This document shows positions 8,303 to 17,931 of a stretch of 29,924 nt of DNA, piece by piece (the stretch's first letter is position 1; every line of letters begins with the position of its first letter). The stretch comes from Calditrichota bacterium (GTDB lineage Bacteria > Zixibacteria > MSB-5A5 > GN15 > FEB-12). Below the pieces are notes generated by a model that had not been told where the DNA came from, did not search any database, and was given only the letters and a program-made list of their open reading frames with translations. The translations under genes and the position numbers were made by a program. The DNA is taken from the NCBI GenBank assembly GCA_030641085.1, contig DAOWIC010000323.1, forward strand, positions 1 to 29,924. Direction: 5' to 3'.

Positions 8303-9525
8303 CCGGCGACCCTGCCTTTTCCTGCCCGAGCGCGCTGAGGAGGCTGAGTGATCCGTCCCGCCACCGGACAGACCGCCTGCCGGCGACCGCTGGTGAACCG
8401 TGTTTCGGTCGGGCGCGAACGCAGGCAGGCCTCACCCATCACGGCATAGGCAGCCGCCTCGATATAATCACCATTGATGCCCAGATCGTCAATCATGCAA
8501 ATCTCCAGTTCCGGCAGATGTTGAGCAAGTCTGTCCACAAGGAAAATGTTATGTCGGCCGCCGCCGGTCAAATACAATTTTGACAGCCTTCTATCGCGCG
8601 CGATGATCGGTTCGACCTTTCGGACAATGCCGGTGACGGTCAGCTCGATCGCAGTGGCCATTAGATCCTCGTCAGGTAGGCTGAACCGCCGTGCAAAACT
8701 GATCATCTCGTCGGCCAGATGACGACCGAACTGTTCGCGACCGGTCGAAACGGATTTACCTGCGAAAAACGGGTTGGCTAATAGCAGCGATAGCAGACGC
8801 ATTGAGCAGACGCCGCGGCGGGCACGCACGCCGTGGCGGTCGAATCGACGCCCGTACAGAGATTCGGACAGGATGTCGGAAAGGCAGTTGCCGGGACCGC
8901 AATCTTCGGCCAGCGGGATCATTCTTGCGCGAGGGACGGGGAAATAGAAATAGTTGGCAATGCCGCCGATATTTGCCAGCAGCACCGGGTCCGCGCCGGA
9001 GGCAAAGAGTCGCTGCATGGCCGCCACTGTGATCGGGGCGCCTTCGTTTCCCAGCGCAACATCCGCCTGCCGAAAGTCACTCACGACCGGCCGGTCGGTC
9101 AGGGTCGCCACAAATTCGGGCGAACCGAGTTGCATAGTGCCCCTGACGGCGGCACCAAGCCGCTTGACTTTTTGCGGGAGATGGCGGACAGTCTGGCCGT
9201 GCGAGGCAATCAGGTCGACCCGCACGCCGGATTTTTCGAGGGCGCGAAGATACTCAGCCGCCGCCCGGCCATAAAACCGGCCGAGCAGGTTGTCCAGATA
9301 GATCAGTTCATCAAGATCGATTTCCCGCGTATCGGCCAGTTCGAGGATTTGTTGTCGCAGCCCGGCCGGAAGGCGCTTTTCGGCGCCGCCCAGGAACCTG
9401 ATCCGGGGGTTGCGAGGCGATGCGCTGAAGCGCACTACCGCCATATCGAGACTGTCGGCCGAGGTGCCCGAATTCAACCCCAGCACGGTCAGACTCTTTC
9501 GTGCTATCAGTCTGCTTAACGACAT
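8299..9525 (-). CDS. anmK: Anhydro-N-acetylmuramic acid kinase
   Basis: Motifs 'GLNSGTSADSLD', 'ASHGQTVRH', 'DFRQADVALGNEGAPI', 'NIGGIAN', 'DCGPGN', 'STGREQFG' and 'GGGRHN'. The stop overlaps the SpoIID start (ATGA). Confidence 0.93.
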   Translation of the reverse strand: MSLSRLIARKSLTVLGLNSGTSADSLDMAVVRFSASPRNPRIRFLGGAEKRLPAGLRQQILELADTREIDLDELIYLDNLLGRFYGRAAAEYLRALEKSGVRVDLIASHGQTVRHLPQKVKRLGAAVRGTMQLGSPEFVATLTDRPVVSDFRQADVALGNEGAPITVAAMQRLFASGADPVLLANIGGIANYFYFPVPRARMIPLAEDCGPGNCLSDILSESLYGRRFDRHGVRARRGVCSMRLLSLLLANPFFAGKSVSTGREQFGRHLADEMISFARRFSLPDEDLMATAIELTVTGIVRKVEPIIARDRRLSKLYLTGGGRHNIFLVDRLAQHLPELEICMIDDLGINGDYIEAAAYAVMGEACLRSRPTETRFTSGRRQAVCPVAGRITQPPQRARAGKGRVAG

Positions 9526-9538
9526 GTTTACTATAATA

Positions 9539-10549
9539 TTACAGTAGCGCTGACTTGCCCAGTTTGAATTTTATACCCGCAATCCGATCTAAAGAGGTCT
9601 GTACCCGTTCTTTGGAGATCTCGCCGCGCAGGAATGAGTCTTTGAAATAGTCGAACGCCCGCACCGATTCTTCAATATCCTGGCCGATCAAGAGCAGATC
9701 GTGCCCGGCCTTGAAAGCCGCCACCGCCCGCTCTCCCGGATGGCCGAGCGTGTCGGCGCCCTTCATCAAGAGATCATCAGTGATTACCGGACCATCGAAA
9801 AAGAGCTTCTGGCGTAAAAAGAAATTGACAAGCTTTTCCGAGTGAGTGGCCATTTCGTCGTCAAGCCCCCTGAGCTTGACATGGGTGGTCATCACAAGAT
9901 CGGCTCCATGATCCACACCGGCCGCAAACGGCAGCAGTTCGCGCTGTTCAAACAGGATTTCATCAAAATCGATCAGCGACAATTTGTCATGGGGATCGAT
10001 ATTGGCCGCGCCCAGACCCGGGAAATGCTTCAGACAGCAGAGAAGACCGGCTTTGTGAGCGATATCCACCGCGGCAGTGATAAACGGCACAACATCCGCG
10101 GCGGTGGTGCCAAAACAGCGATCTTTCAGGCAGGTGTTGTTCTCGTTGAGGAAGATGTCGCAGACAGGTGACAGGTTGATACTAATGCCCAGCGATTTCA
10201 GCAGCAGCATCGAACGGGTGTAATCTTCGCGGAACTGATCCAGTCCGAAGCGGGTTCCGTAATCCCAGGCGGAGTGAAACTCAGCCGGCGCGCTTTTTAT
10301 ACGGCATACACGGCCGCCTTCCTGATCGACGGCGATAAACGGCAACGAGCCACCCATCTTATCGCGGATCAACGTCACGTTCTGCTTGGTCAACTGGTGC
10401 GTGGGGCAGTTCTCCGCAAAGAGTATCACGCCGCCGATATTATCCTCGGCAATGAAGTCAAGAAACGACGATGCCGGTCGGTCTCCGGGGAAACCGATTA
10501 CAAATAACTGACCAATGTTCTTTTCCATATCAGACATTGAGTAACACAT
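9539..10549 (-). CDS. nagZ: Beta-N-acetylhexosaminidase (GH3, NagZ-type)
   Basis: Motifs 'IGQLFVIGF', 'GGVILF', 'VDQEGGRV', 'KHFPGLG....DPH' and 'VITDDL' fit the single-domain NagZ signature. Confidence 0.9.
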   Translation of the reverse strand: MCYSMSDMEKNIGQLFVIGFPGDRPASSFLDFIAEDNIGGVILFAENCPTHQLTKQNVTLIRDKMGGSLPFIAVDQEGGRVCRIKSAPAEFHSAWDYGTRFGLDQFREDYTRSMLLLKSLGISINLSPVCDIFLNENNTCLKDRCFGTTAADVVPFITAAVDIAHKAGLLCCLKHFPGLGAANIDPHDKLSLIDFDEILFEQRELLPFAAGVDHGADLVMTTHVKLRGLDDEMATHSEKLVNFFLRQKLFFDGPVITDDLLMKGADTLGHPGERAVAAFKAGHDLLLIGQDIEESVRAFDYFKDSFLRGEISKERVQTSLDRIAGIKFKLGKSALL

Positions 10550-10605
10550 TTGAACCCCTTATCAGTATTCCCTCCACCGGCGCGAGCACTTTTTTCGCCG
10601 GATCG

Positions 10606-12165
10606 CTATATGATACGAACAAGGTTCCTGCCCTCACCCTTGGCGCGGTACAGCGCCTGGTCGGTGACCGCCAGCAACTCCTCTTCGGCCTTACCGTTTT
10701 CCGGATACGAACTAACGCCAACCGAGACCGTGATTCTCAGCTTGCCGAGCCGCCCGGCGTCGAACACCTCTTTCTCCACCCGCTCCCGGATCCGTTCGCC
10801 GATAACCGAGGCCTCTTTCAACGTGGTCTGCGGCAGGATAATGGCGAACTCTTCGCCACCGTAGCGAGTGAAAATATCTACATCACGAATACATTGTTTT
10901 ATAATCGCCGACAACCCCTTCAAGACGACGTTGCCCACCTCGTGGCCGTAGCTGTCGTTCAGTTTCTTGAACCAGTCGATGTCGACCATGATGAGCGACA
11001 GCGGCTGATCATAACGTATCGCACGGCGCTTTTCTTCTTCGAGCTTCTGAACGAAGTAACGATAATTGTAGGTCTCGGTCAACTCGTCAATGACCGTCAG
11101 CTCCTCGGTCTTCTTATGCAGCTCGGCGTTTTCCATAGCCAGGGCGGCCGAACGGGCCACTGCCGACATCATCTGAACATCACGCTGCTTGAAGTGATCG
11201 ACATCCTCCGATTCGGCCACGATGATGCCGTTGGTCAAACCGTGAGCGGTCATGACGGTAATCAGCGCCGAACGCGACTTCTCTGCCAATCCCTCGTAAT
11301 CTTCGCGTTTGAGAATGTCTTTGACAATGATCGATTCGCCGACATTGGACACTTTGCGCACCAACTCCATCCTGGAAATATCAATCGCCTTGAGCGCAAA
11401 GTTGGTTTTGCCGGCTTCGGAGCGGGCCCGGTAATAGAAATTGCCCAGTTTGTCTTTGAAGATAAGAGCATAGGAACGATATCTGAGCAGGTTGCCCATG
11501 ATACGCATTACTTCGCGCACGACCGCGTCCGGCTCGAGAATAGAGGCGAGAATACGGGTGTTTTCATAGATCATTTCAAGCTGCGCCTGCGACTTCTCCA
11601 GCTCCGAAGTACGCATATTGAGCGTGTCGAACACCTTCAGAAGCCGCCGTTCCGAGCGGCGCATATAATCAGAGGCGTAAAGAATCGCCAGGTAGTAAAC
11701 CCAGATAAAGCCCACCCTGACCGAAAGATCAAACAGAGCCTCGAGCGTAAAAACGTTGTAGACTGATATTACATAGCCAATCGTCACTAAGACTACAGCC
11801 GCCAGCGAGAACCAGAAAGTCAGCACGTAGGCAGCCACCGAGATTGTCAGGTAAAACAGCGGGTAAAAAGCCGAGTTTACGCTTTCGGTATACAGAACCA
11901 GCAGCGGCACCAGCAGGATATCGTAGACGATCGCCGACAGATACGCCAGCTTGATATCGAATCTGCCCTTCGTGGCGGCATAAAAAAGAACCAGGTGCGC
12001 TATGTAAGTAGCCAAAATGAAGTCAAAGAGAAGCATATCGCCCTGGGGCAGACCGCGGAAATAGCCGAACCAGGAAATACTGGCCAGCGCCAGGATTCTC
12101 GACAGCATATAAATCGTGTCGATCCTGGGCAGAAGGGTCTTATTTCGATCTAAAAATAGCTTCAT
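10606..12165 (-). CDS. Membrane-bound diguanylate cyclase (TM region + GAF + GGDEF)
   Basis: About five N-terminal hydrophobic helices, a coiled linker, a GAF-like region ending 'ALAMENAEL', 'IDELTETYNYRYF', 'IMVDIDWFKKLNDSYGHEVG', I-site RDVD and active-site 'RYGGEEF'. Confidence 0.93.
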   Translation of the reverse strand: MKLFLDRNKTLLPRIDTIYMLSRILALASISWFGYFRGLPQGDMLLFDFILATYIAHLVLFYAATKGRFDIKLAYLSAIVYDILLVPLLVLYTESVNSAFYPLFYLTISVAAYVLTFWFSLAAVVLVTIGYVISVYNVFTLEALFDLSVRVGFIWVYYLAILYASDYMRRSERRLLKVFDTLNMRTSELEKSQAQLEMIYENTRILASILEPDAVVREVMRIMGNLLRYRSYALIFKDKLGNFYYRARSEAGKTNFALKAIDISRMELVRKVSNVGESIIVKDILKREDYEGLAEKSRSALITVMTAHGLTNGIIVAESEDVDHFKQRDVQMMSAVARSAALAMENAELHKKTEELTVIDELTETYNYRYFVQKLEEEKRRAIRYDQPLSLIMVDIDWFKKLNDSYGHEVGNVVLKGLSAIIKQCIRDVDIFTRYGGEEFAIILPQTTLKEASVIGERIRERVEKEVFDAGRLGKLRITVSVGVSSYPENGKAEEELLAVTDQALYRAKGEGRNLVRII

Positions 12166-12716
12166 ATCTAAGGCAATCCAGACTTATACCCAGTATATCG
12201 GCCGGATACCAACATTATTTATTGAAAGCAAACAGCTTAGATAAGTTTATCGGCATCGTCGGCCACTCCTTGCGGTCGCGGTCGGATTTTCATCCCAATC
12301 GACTCCGCCAATCCGAATCATGCCCACACACGCCCGTTCCGTCTATGGGCCGGCCAAACCCGACTCATTCCCGGGAGCATCGGGTAACCATCAGCGAGTA
12401 ATGGAGTTACCCTTACGGCAACGGACCGGCATTGTCGGAACACTGCGGTCAATAACAGGACCGGTCAGACAACTATCGCGGCATGGTTGTCTATCCGGCA
12501 ATCTGGTATATCGCAGCCGAGATGCGTTCGAATTTGATGCGTCTTCAATCAGTCTTACCTGCCGGAATCCGCCTGCCGCCAAGAGAATTACGTCCGATCA
12601 AAGTCGCTAAGCAGCATTTCCGGGCACGGTTTTATTACTTTACAACGATTCTGTTCTGCGTTTTAATTCAGGCAACCGGATCATCTGTTTGCCGTAGATA
12701 TAGAAAACAGAACGGG

Positions 12717-14024
12717 ATGACGCTTTTGAAGATGGCAACATTCAGACATATGGGAATCATGGTCGCGGCCTGGCTATTATTGACCCTGCCGGCTGTCAAC
12801 GTGACGGCGATGGAGTTTGAGTCGGGCGAAAAGATCCATATCTCGAACCTTCATCACCTCGAGGATGATCTGTTCGCCTGGGGCGAGAGTATCATTATCG
12901 ACGGTCAGATAGACGGTGATCTTTTTGCCGGCAGTTACTCGGTCGTCACCAACGGGCACGTTCGCAGTTCGGCGCATGCTTTCGCTTTCAAGTATCGTCA
13001 CACCGGTCGTATCGACGGCTCCCTGCGGATCTTTGCCAACGAGTGCATTATTGACGGCTTTGTCGGCCGGTCGGCCCTCATCATGGGTAACGAAATCACC
13101 GTCGGACGGACCGCTATCATCGACCAGGACGCTGTCTTCCGGGGGAATATTCTCAAACTCGACGGCACCATCAAAGGCAACACCGATATCAAGGGCGCCG
13201 ATGTTATGATTACCGGTCGCATCGACGGCGATCTGTTGATCAAGGCGGACAAGATAGCCATCATACCGCCCGCTGTTATCAACGGCAATCTGACCTACAC
13301 CTGTGAAGATGAAGCGCAGATCGATACCGAGGCGGGAGTGGTCATCGGCGGCGAGACTACCTGGAAGCTGCCGGATGAGGATGGCGAAAGCAAAGATAAG
13401 CCCAGCCGGCTGACCCTGTTCACGATCCAGGTTTCCAGGCTTCTGGCGGCATTTTTGTTCGGTATCATTCTTCTCGCCGCCTGCAAACGGTACGCCGTTG
13501 AATCGGTCAAGCAGTTGCGCGAGCGCTTCACGGTCGCCACCGCGACCGGATTTCTCGGGGTGCTTGTCTTCATTGCCGGCCTGCTGATCCTGGTTGTCGC
13601 GGCCATATCGGTACCGCTGGGAATGTCCCTCATTTCCGGTAGCCTGGCGCCGGTCGGCGTCCTTATTACCGCCCTGGCAATCGTGCTGGTTCCGATCACC
13701 AGCCTGGTAACGGTTTCGGGGGGCGTGCTCTTTTACAGCGGCAAGATTATCGCCGCCTTCCTGGTCGGCTACCTGGTGATGCGATGGAAAAGTCCGGACT
13801 CCGTCAGGCCGACCAGAAGCCAGCTTCTGATAGGTCTGATTATTCTGACCGCCGCCTTTGCCATACCACTGGTCGGTTTGCTGCTGTATCTGTTGATTAG
13901 TATTATCGGGGCGGGCGCAATCATCCTCGGAATCAAACATTGTCGGGCTACCACCCTCACCCGGATCGAAGAGCCGCCGGAGAGAGCCGCAGAACCGATG
14001 CCCCCGGCGGATGCACCGGACTAA
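12717..14024 (+). CDS. Bactofilin-like beta-helix (polymer-forming cytoskeletal-type repeats) with a multi-pass membrane C-terminus
   Basis: Signal-like N-terminus (start 12717 or 12732; the ORF-track start at 12483 is probably too long), repeated 'I.G.I.GD' units (IDGQIDGDL, ITGRIDGDL, INGNLTY), then about six hydrophobic helices. Confidence 0.7.
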   Translation: MTLLKMATFRHMGIMVAAWLLLTLPAVNVTAMEFESGEKIHISNLHHLEDDLFAWGESIIIDGQIDGDLFAGSYSVVTNGHVRSSAHAFAFKYRHTGRIDGSLRIFANECIIDGFVGRSALIMGNEITVGRTAIIDQDAVFRGNILKLDGTIKGNTDIKGADVMITGRIDGDLLIKADKIAIIPPAVINGNLTYTCEDEAQIDTEAGVVIGGETTWKLPDEDGESKDKPSRLTLFTIQVSRLLAAFLFGIILLAACKRYAVESVKQLRERFTVATATGFLGVLVFIAGLLILVVAAISVPLGMSLISGSLAPVGVLITALAIVLVPITSLVTVSGGVLFYSGKIIAAFLVGYLVMRWKSPDSVRPTRSQLLIGLIILTAAFAIPLVGLLLYLLISIIGAGAIILGIKHCRATTLTRIEEPPERAAEPMPPADAPD

Positions 14025-15736
14025 TACCCTCCCGCGCTGCCTCTCTTGCGGGGGTCGGCGACACCGTACATCAGACCATCGTTATCAACAAAAACCATTT
14101 GCAGATCGCTGTATGGTGTCCGCTCCTGAATATTGTGCCCGTAACTGATCAACCCCTGCTTGGTGTTGATATCGAACCCGCCCTCCTCGAGGTAGATCTG
14201 GTCGGGCAGCCACTGGTGATGAAACCGCGGTTGACCGGCCGCATCCACCGGCGTAAGTCCGAAGCGGGTGCAGTTGACAATCGTCTGGGCGACGACCGTG
14301 ATAATTTTCGATCCTCCCGGCGAGCCGAGAGCCAGATAGGGCCGGTCCTTGCGCAAAACCAGTGTGGGCGACATCGACGACAGCATGCGCTTGCCCGGCT
14401 CGATCTTGTTCGCCTCGCCTCCGACCAGACCGTAGGTATTGGCAACACCCGGCTTGATCGAAAAATCATCCATCTCGTTGTTCAGCAGAAACCCGCCGCC
14501 CTCAACCACCAGCTTGCTGCCGTATGCTGTGTTCAGGGTGTAGGTAATCGACACCATATTGCCGTCTCGATCGCAGATGGAAAAGTGGGTGGTCTCCTCC
14601 GACTCGTTCGCCGGCCCGAAACTCCCCGGCCGGGTCTCGGCCGATGATGAAGCGTGCTTTTCGATAATCAGACTGCGCCGTTGCTGAAGGTAGCTCTCAT
14701 CGAGGAGGCCATCAGGCACCGGGTAGAAATCGGCGTCGCCAAGATGGGTGGCCCGATCGGCAAACGCCAGCCGCGAGGCTTCACAAAACAGGTGAATGTA
14801 CTCCGGTGTCGCGGGAGTCCACGCGGAGAAATCATACGGTTCGATCAGCTTGAGAATCTGACCCATAACAATACCGCCCGAACTCGGAGGCGGCATCGAG
14901 TAGATATCGAGCGAGTCAAAGATGAAATGAATCGGCTCGCGCCAGACCGGGCTGTAATTTTCAAGGTCCTCCAGGCTGATCAGGCCGCCATGCTCGGTCA
15001 TGGTCTTAACCAGGCTTTCGGCCACCTGTCCCTTGTAGAATCCATCCGGTCCTTCGGCTGCGATCAGGTACAACGTTCGGGAAAGGTCCTTCTGGAACAG
15101 TCGTTCGCCGGTTTTGAGTGCGCGACCGTCGGGGTAGAAGATCTCGGCGGTCGATGCAAAAGAAGTCAGAGCTTTTTTGTGTTCTTCAAAGGATTCGGCC
15201 ATGTATGCATCGATATAGTACCCGGTATCCGCCAGCGCGGCAGCTATCGTGACCAGTTCCTCCCACGGCATAGTGCCGTATTCTTCCCAGAGGCGGTAAA
15301 AGCCGGCCACTGTGCCCGGCACTCCGGCAGCTTTGGCGCCGAAGGTAGAGAGGTTTTCGATCACCTCATCATTTTTATCGAGATACATCTTTTCGGTGGC
15401 CGCCGCCGGAGCGGTCTCCCTGAAATCAAGCGCGCGGACCTCACCCGAGGCACCGTCGTGAATCAGCGCGAACCCGCCGCCTCCGATATTGCCCGCCTCC
15501 GGATGTACTACCGCCAGGGCGAATCCAACCGCCACCGCAGCGTCACAGGCATTGCCGCCACGCGCGAAAACCGTTTCCCCGACCCCGGTTGCAATCGGGG
15601 CAGCGGTAGCTAACGCCCCGCGCTCAAAATAGTGAGTGACCCGGACACCGTCGCATCCGAGCAACAGGCCGGTAAGAAAAACCACCATCAGCGAAACAGT
15701 CAGCCCGCGATGGTGGTTTTTGAATATCTTATTCAT
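14021..15736 (-). CDS. ggt: Gamma-glutamyltransferase (glutathione hydrolase), probable lipoprotein
   Basis: Motifs 'GGNACDAAVA', 'HPEAGNIGGGGF', 'LDFRETAP', 'GVPGTVAG', catalytic 'ETTHFS', 'LLNNEMDDFS', 'SSMSPT' and 'GSPGGSKI', plus lipobox LLGC. ATG at 15736. Confidence 0.95.
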   Translation of the reverse strand: MNKIFKNHHRGLTVSLMVVFLTGLLLGCDGVRVTHYFERGALATAAPIATGVGETVFARGGNACDAAVAVGFALAVVHPEAGNIGGGGFALIHDGASGEVRALDFRETAPAAATEKMYLDKNDEVIENLSTFGAKAAGVPGTVAGFYRLWEEYGTMPWEELVTIAAALADTGYYIDAYMAESFEEHKKALTSFASTAEIFYPDGRALKTGERLFQKDLSRTLYLIAAEGPDGFYKGQVAESLVKTMTEHGGLISLEDLENYSPVWREPIHFIFDSLDIYSMPPPSSGGIVMGQILKLIEPYDFSAWTPATPEYIHLFCEASRLAFADRATHLGDADFYPVPDGLLDESYLQQRRSLIIEKHASSSAETRPGSFGPANESEETTHFSICDRDGNMVSITYTLNTAYGSKLVVEGGGFLLNNEMDDFSIKPGVANTYGLVGGEANKIEPGKRMLSSMSPTLVLRKDRPYLALGSPGGSKIITVVAQTIVNCTRFGLTPVDAAGQPRFHHQWLPDQIYLEEGGFDINTKQGLISYGHNIQERTPYSDLQMVFVDNDGLMYGVADPRKRGSAGGY

Positions 15737-15747
15737 GAGCAAGTCCG

Positions 15748-17931
15748 TTATGCTCGTTTCTCGACAATGAATATCTTGCCGTCGGGAAATTGAATATCAA
15801 CCGGGATGCCGTCGCGCAGTTCTTTGGCAGTCAATTTCATTGGCGCGTCGTCCTCGCCGGCATAGATATCGGTCAGCTTCAGCTTGGCCGCCTTGAGGCC
15901 GGCCTCGCGTAGATCGGCCTTAATAATGATCTCCTTGTGTCCGGCCTCGAAACCATCGGACAGTTCGCCTGGGGGCGGCGCCACCACAAACAACAAACCA
16001 CGCTTGGAACCCATCTGGAAGGAGATATCAACCGAGGGATCGCTGCAATACAGGTATGACTCGATCTTTTCACCCAGGAGAACCGATTCCAGGAATGTGA
16101 GCTTCTGGTGGTTCCCGCCCGAGGCGATATCAAAGGCGAAGAAATAGAGGTTGCCCTTGAACCGAGAGGAACAGACTCCCACCACCTTGGCGTCAACCTT
16201 GACCAGCTTCTTGACTTTGGAATCATCGGTCGATCGAATCGTACCGTAGATATAAGCCGGGAAAGAGCCGTTCTTGTGGGTCACGGAGCCAATACGGTCA
16301 TCGACTGAGGTCTTGATCCTGAAATGATTGGCCAGCACCTGGCAATCCTTGAAGCCTTCATCGTACTTGGGCATCAGGCCGCAGAGCAGGATAGTGACAC
16401 CGGCTTTGGCCAGGTCGATAATCGCCTCCTGATCGCGTTTGGCCATCACCTCGGTGGTCGGAATGAAGAGCATCTTGTATTTTGTCAGTGTTTCGAAATT
16501 CCGGTTTTCGCGCACGCCGAAGTTCAGTTTCAGGCGCATCAGGTCGCGGCAGAATCCAACACTTGACTCGTAGAGGAGACGGTTGACATAGGTGAACGCC
16601 TTCTTGCTCGAGGTTCCGGCCAGCCAGGAATAGAGACGGTTGCCGACCACGGCGATATCGGCGGACGCTTCCATCTCCTCAAGACCAACGCCGGCGATTG
16701 CCTGGCTGAACTTCTTTGTCAGAGCGTAGCCGTCGGAGACGGTTCCATCGTTATGCAGCGGGGCACCATACCAGTGATCGCGATCGACAAACATGTAATG
16801 ATTGAACCCCTTGAAACCGGATGACAGCCCGGCTGCGAGATAAAACCGGCGTGTGTTCGGTTTTATCGGGGCGACTTCCTCTTCGCGCTCCGGCTCAGCC
16901 GCGCCCGCCCCGGACACAAACGAGGTAGCGAAAGCAAAACCGTATTCCGCCTGCAGGAAACGGGCTTTAAGCGCAAAGTCGAAATAGTTGCCTTCGGGAA
17001 AGACGTTGGCGCCCAGGAAAGGCGAACGATCTTCAGGCACCAGATTGAACGCCGGTAACAAATCGCCCTGTCGGAAATACAGCGAGCGGAACATCAGCGG
17101 CTCCACCGTGTACGACGTAAAGATGTCCTCAAGCTGCTGCAGGTACAGATTCAGCAAATTCTCCCGGAAGCGATACCAGTCGAATACCTTGGGGTAGTCC
17201 TTTATGTCGAGATCGGTAAACTTGCGCGGCGGTTGCACCGATTCGAAGCTGTCGTTTTTCTCCTTGTACTGCGCGTTGAGCTTCTTGATCTCCTCGTACT
17301 TGTCCAGGAGAAACGGCGCATAATACTGCTCAAGGACGGTCGGGTTATAGTCGGCGCTGTCCGGTTCGAGCAGCCGCCCGAAAGAGGTCTCGAAGTCAAG
17401 TTCGACCATGAAGATCGGTCCGCGCGGGTGGACATAATTTTTGGTCGCCTCCACAAAAGCCTTGAAGTAGTTCCGGAGATGATACTGGAAATTTCGGTGA
17501 AGAAAGCTCGGTAAATAACCGGCCGACACGCCGTAATCTTCCGGCAGCCGCCGCTCCAGCCCCTGGGCATCACGGGAAAAAATGTTGATATCATTGAACA
17601 GATATTTCGGCAGGCCGCCGTTTTCAAGCTGGCCGCATACCAGCGGACCGGGCCTTAATATGACCTTGAACCCAAACTCGCGGGCCAGTTCCAAAAAGAC
17701 GATCAGGTCCTTTCGCGGGTCGGTCAAACCGGCAAAATCAAAATGTTTAGTCTCGTCCTGATGGATATTCCACGGTACGGCGCTGGAGATAATGCCGAAA
17801 CCGGCTCTTTTGATGCGCTCGAAACAGATTGACCAGTATTTCTTGTCAATTCTAAAGTAGTGGAGTTCTGCGGAAAACGGATGGTAAGTTTCTTTACCGA
17901 TGGAAAAACGATTACCTATTACACCTAACAT
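15748..17931 (-). CDS. GH35-like protein with GlmA-type (exo-beta-glucosaminidase) architecture, probably catalytically altered
   Basis: Motifs 'SAELHYFRI', 'VPWNIH', 'FLELAREFGFKVILRPGP', 'GGLPKYL', 'RGPIFMVELDFE' and 'FNHYMF', followed by a GATase-like alpha/beta middle domain ('YKMLFIP...GVTILLCGLMP'). No signal peptide. Confidence 0.75.
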   Translation of the reverse strand: MLGVIGNRFSIGKETYHPFSAELHYFRIDKKYWSICFERIKRAGFGIISSAVPWNIHQDETKHFDFAGLTDPRKDLIVFLELAREFGFKVILRPGPLVCGQLENGGLPKYLFNDINIFSRDAQGLERRLPEDYGVSAGYLPSFLHRNFQYHLRNYFKAFVEATKNYVHPRGPIFMVELDFETSFGRLLEPDSADYNPTVLEQYYAPFLLDKYEEIKKLNAQYKEKNDSFESVQPPRKFTDLDIKDYPKVFDWYRFRENLLNLYLQQLEDIFTSYTVEPLMFRSLYFRQGDLLPAFNLVPEDRSPFLGANVFPEGNYFDFALKARFLQAEYGFAFATSFVSGAGAAEPEREEEVAPIKPNTRRFYLAAGLSSGFKGFNHYMFVDRDHWYGAPLHNDGTVSDGYALTKKFSQAIAGVGLEEMEASADIAVVGNRLYSWLAGTSSKKAFTYVNRLLYESSVGFCRDLMRLKLNFGVRENRNFETLTKYKMLFIPTTEVMAKRDQEAIIDLAKAGVTILLCGLMPKYDEGFKDCQVLANHFRIKTSVDDRIGSVTHKNGSFPAYIYGTIRSTDDSKVKKLVKVDAKVVGVCSSRFKGNLYFFAFDIASGGNHQKLTFLESVLLGEKIESYLYCSDPSVDISFQMGSKRGLLFVVAPPPGELSDGFEAGHKEIIIKADLREAGLKAAKLKLTDIYAGEDDAPMKLTAKELRDGIPVDIQFPDGKIFIVEKRA

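Noticed and set aside
9990-10035. NagZ motif KHFPGLG...DPH seemed to deviate from KHFPGHG...DSH
   Set aside because: Leu is an accepted variant at that position, and the catalytic Asp-His dyad is retained.
10471-11766. 431-aa plus-strand ORF, and similar long antisense ORFs at 1583-2305, 7154-8161, 14654-15613, 20677-21459 and 23935-25101
   Set aside because: They lie exactly opposite well-supported genes and carry no recognisable motifs, as expected for shadow ORFs from GC-biased codon usage.
12320-12610. 96-aa ORF in the long intergenic region
   Set aside because: No RBS, no recognisable motif, and an Arg/Ser/Pro-rich composition typical of spurious ORFs.
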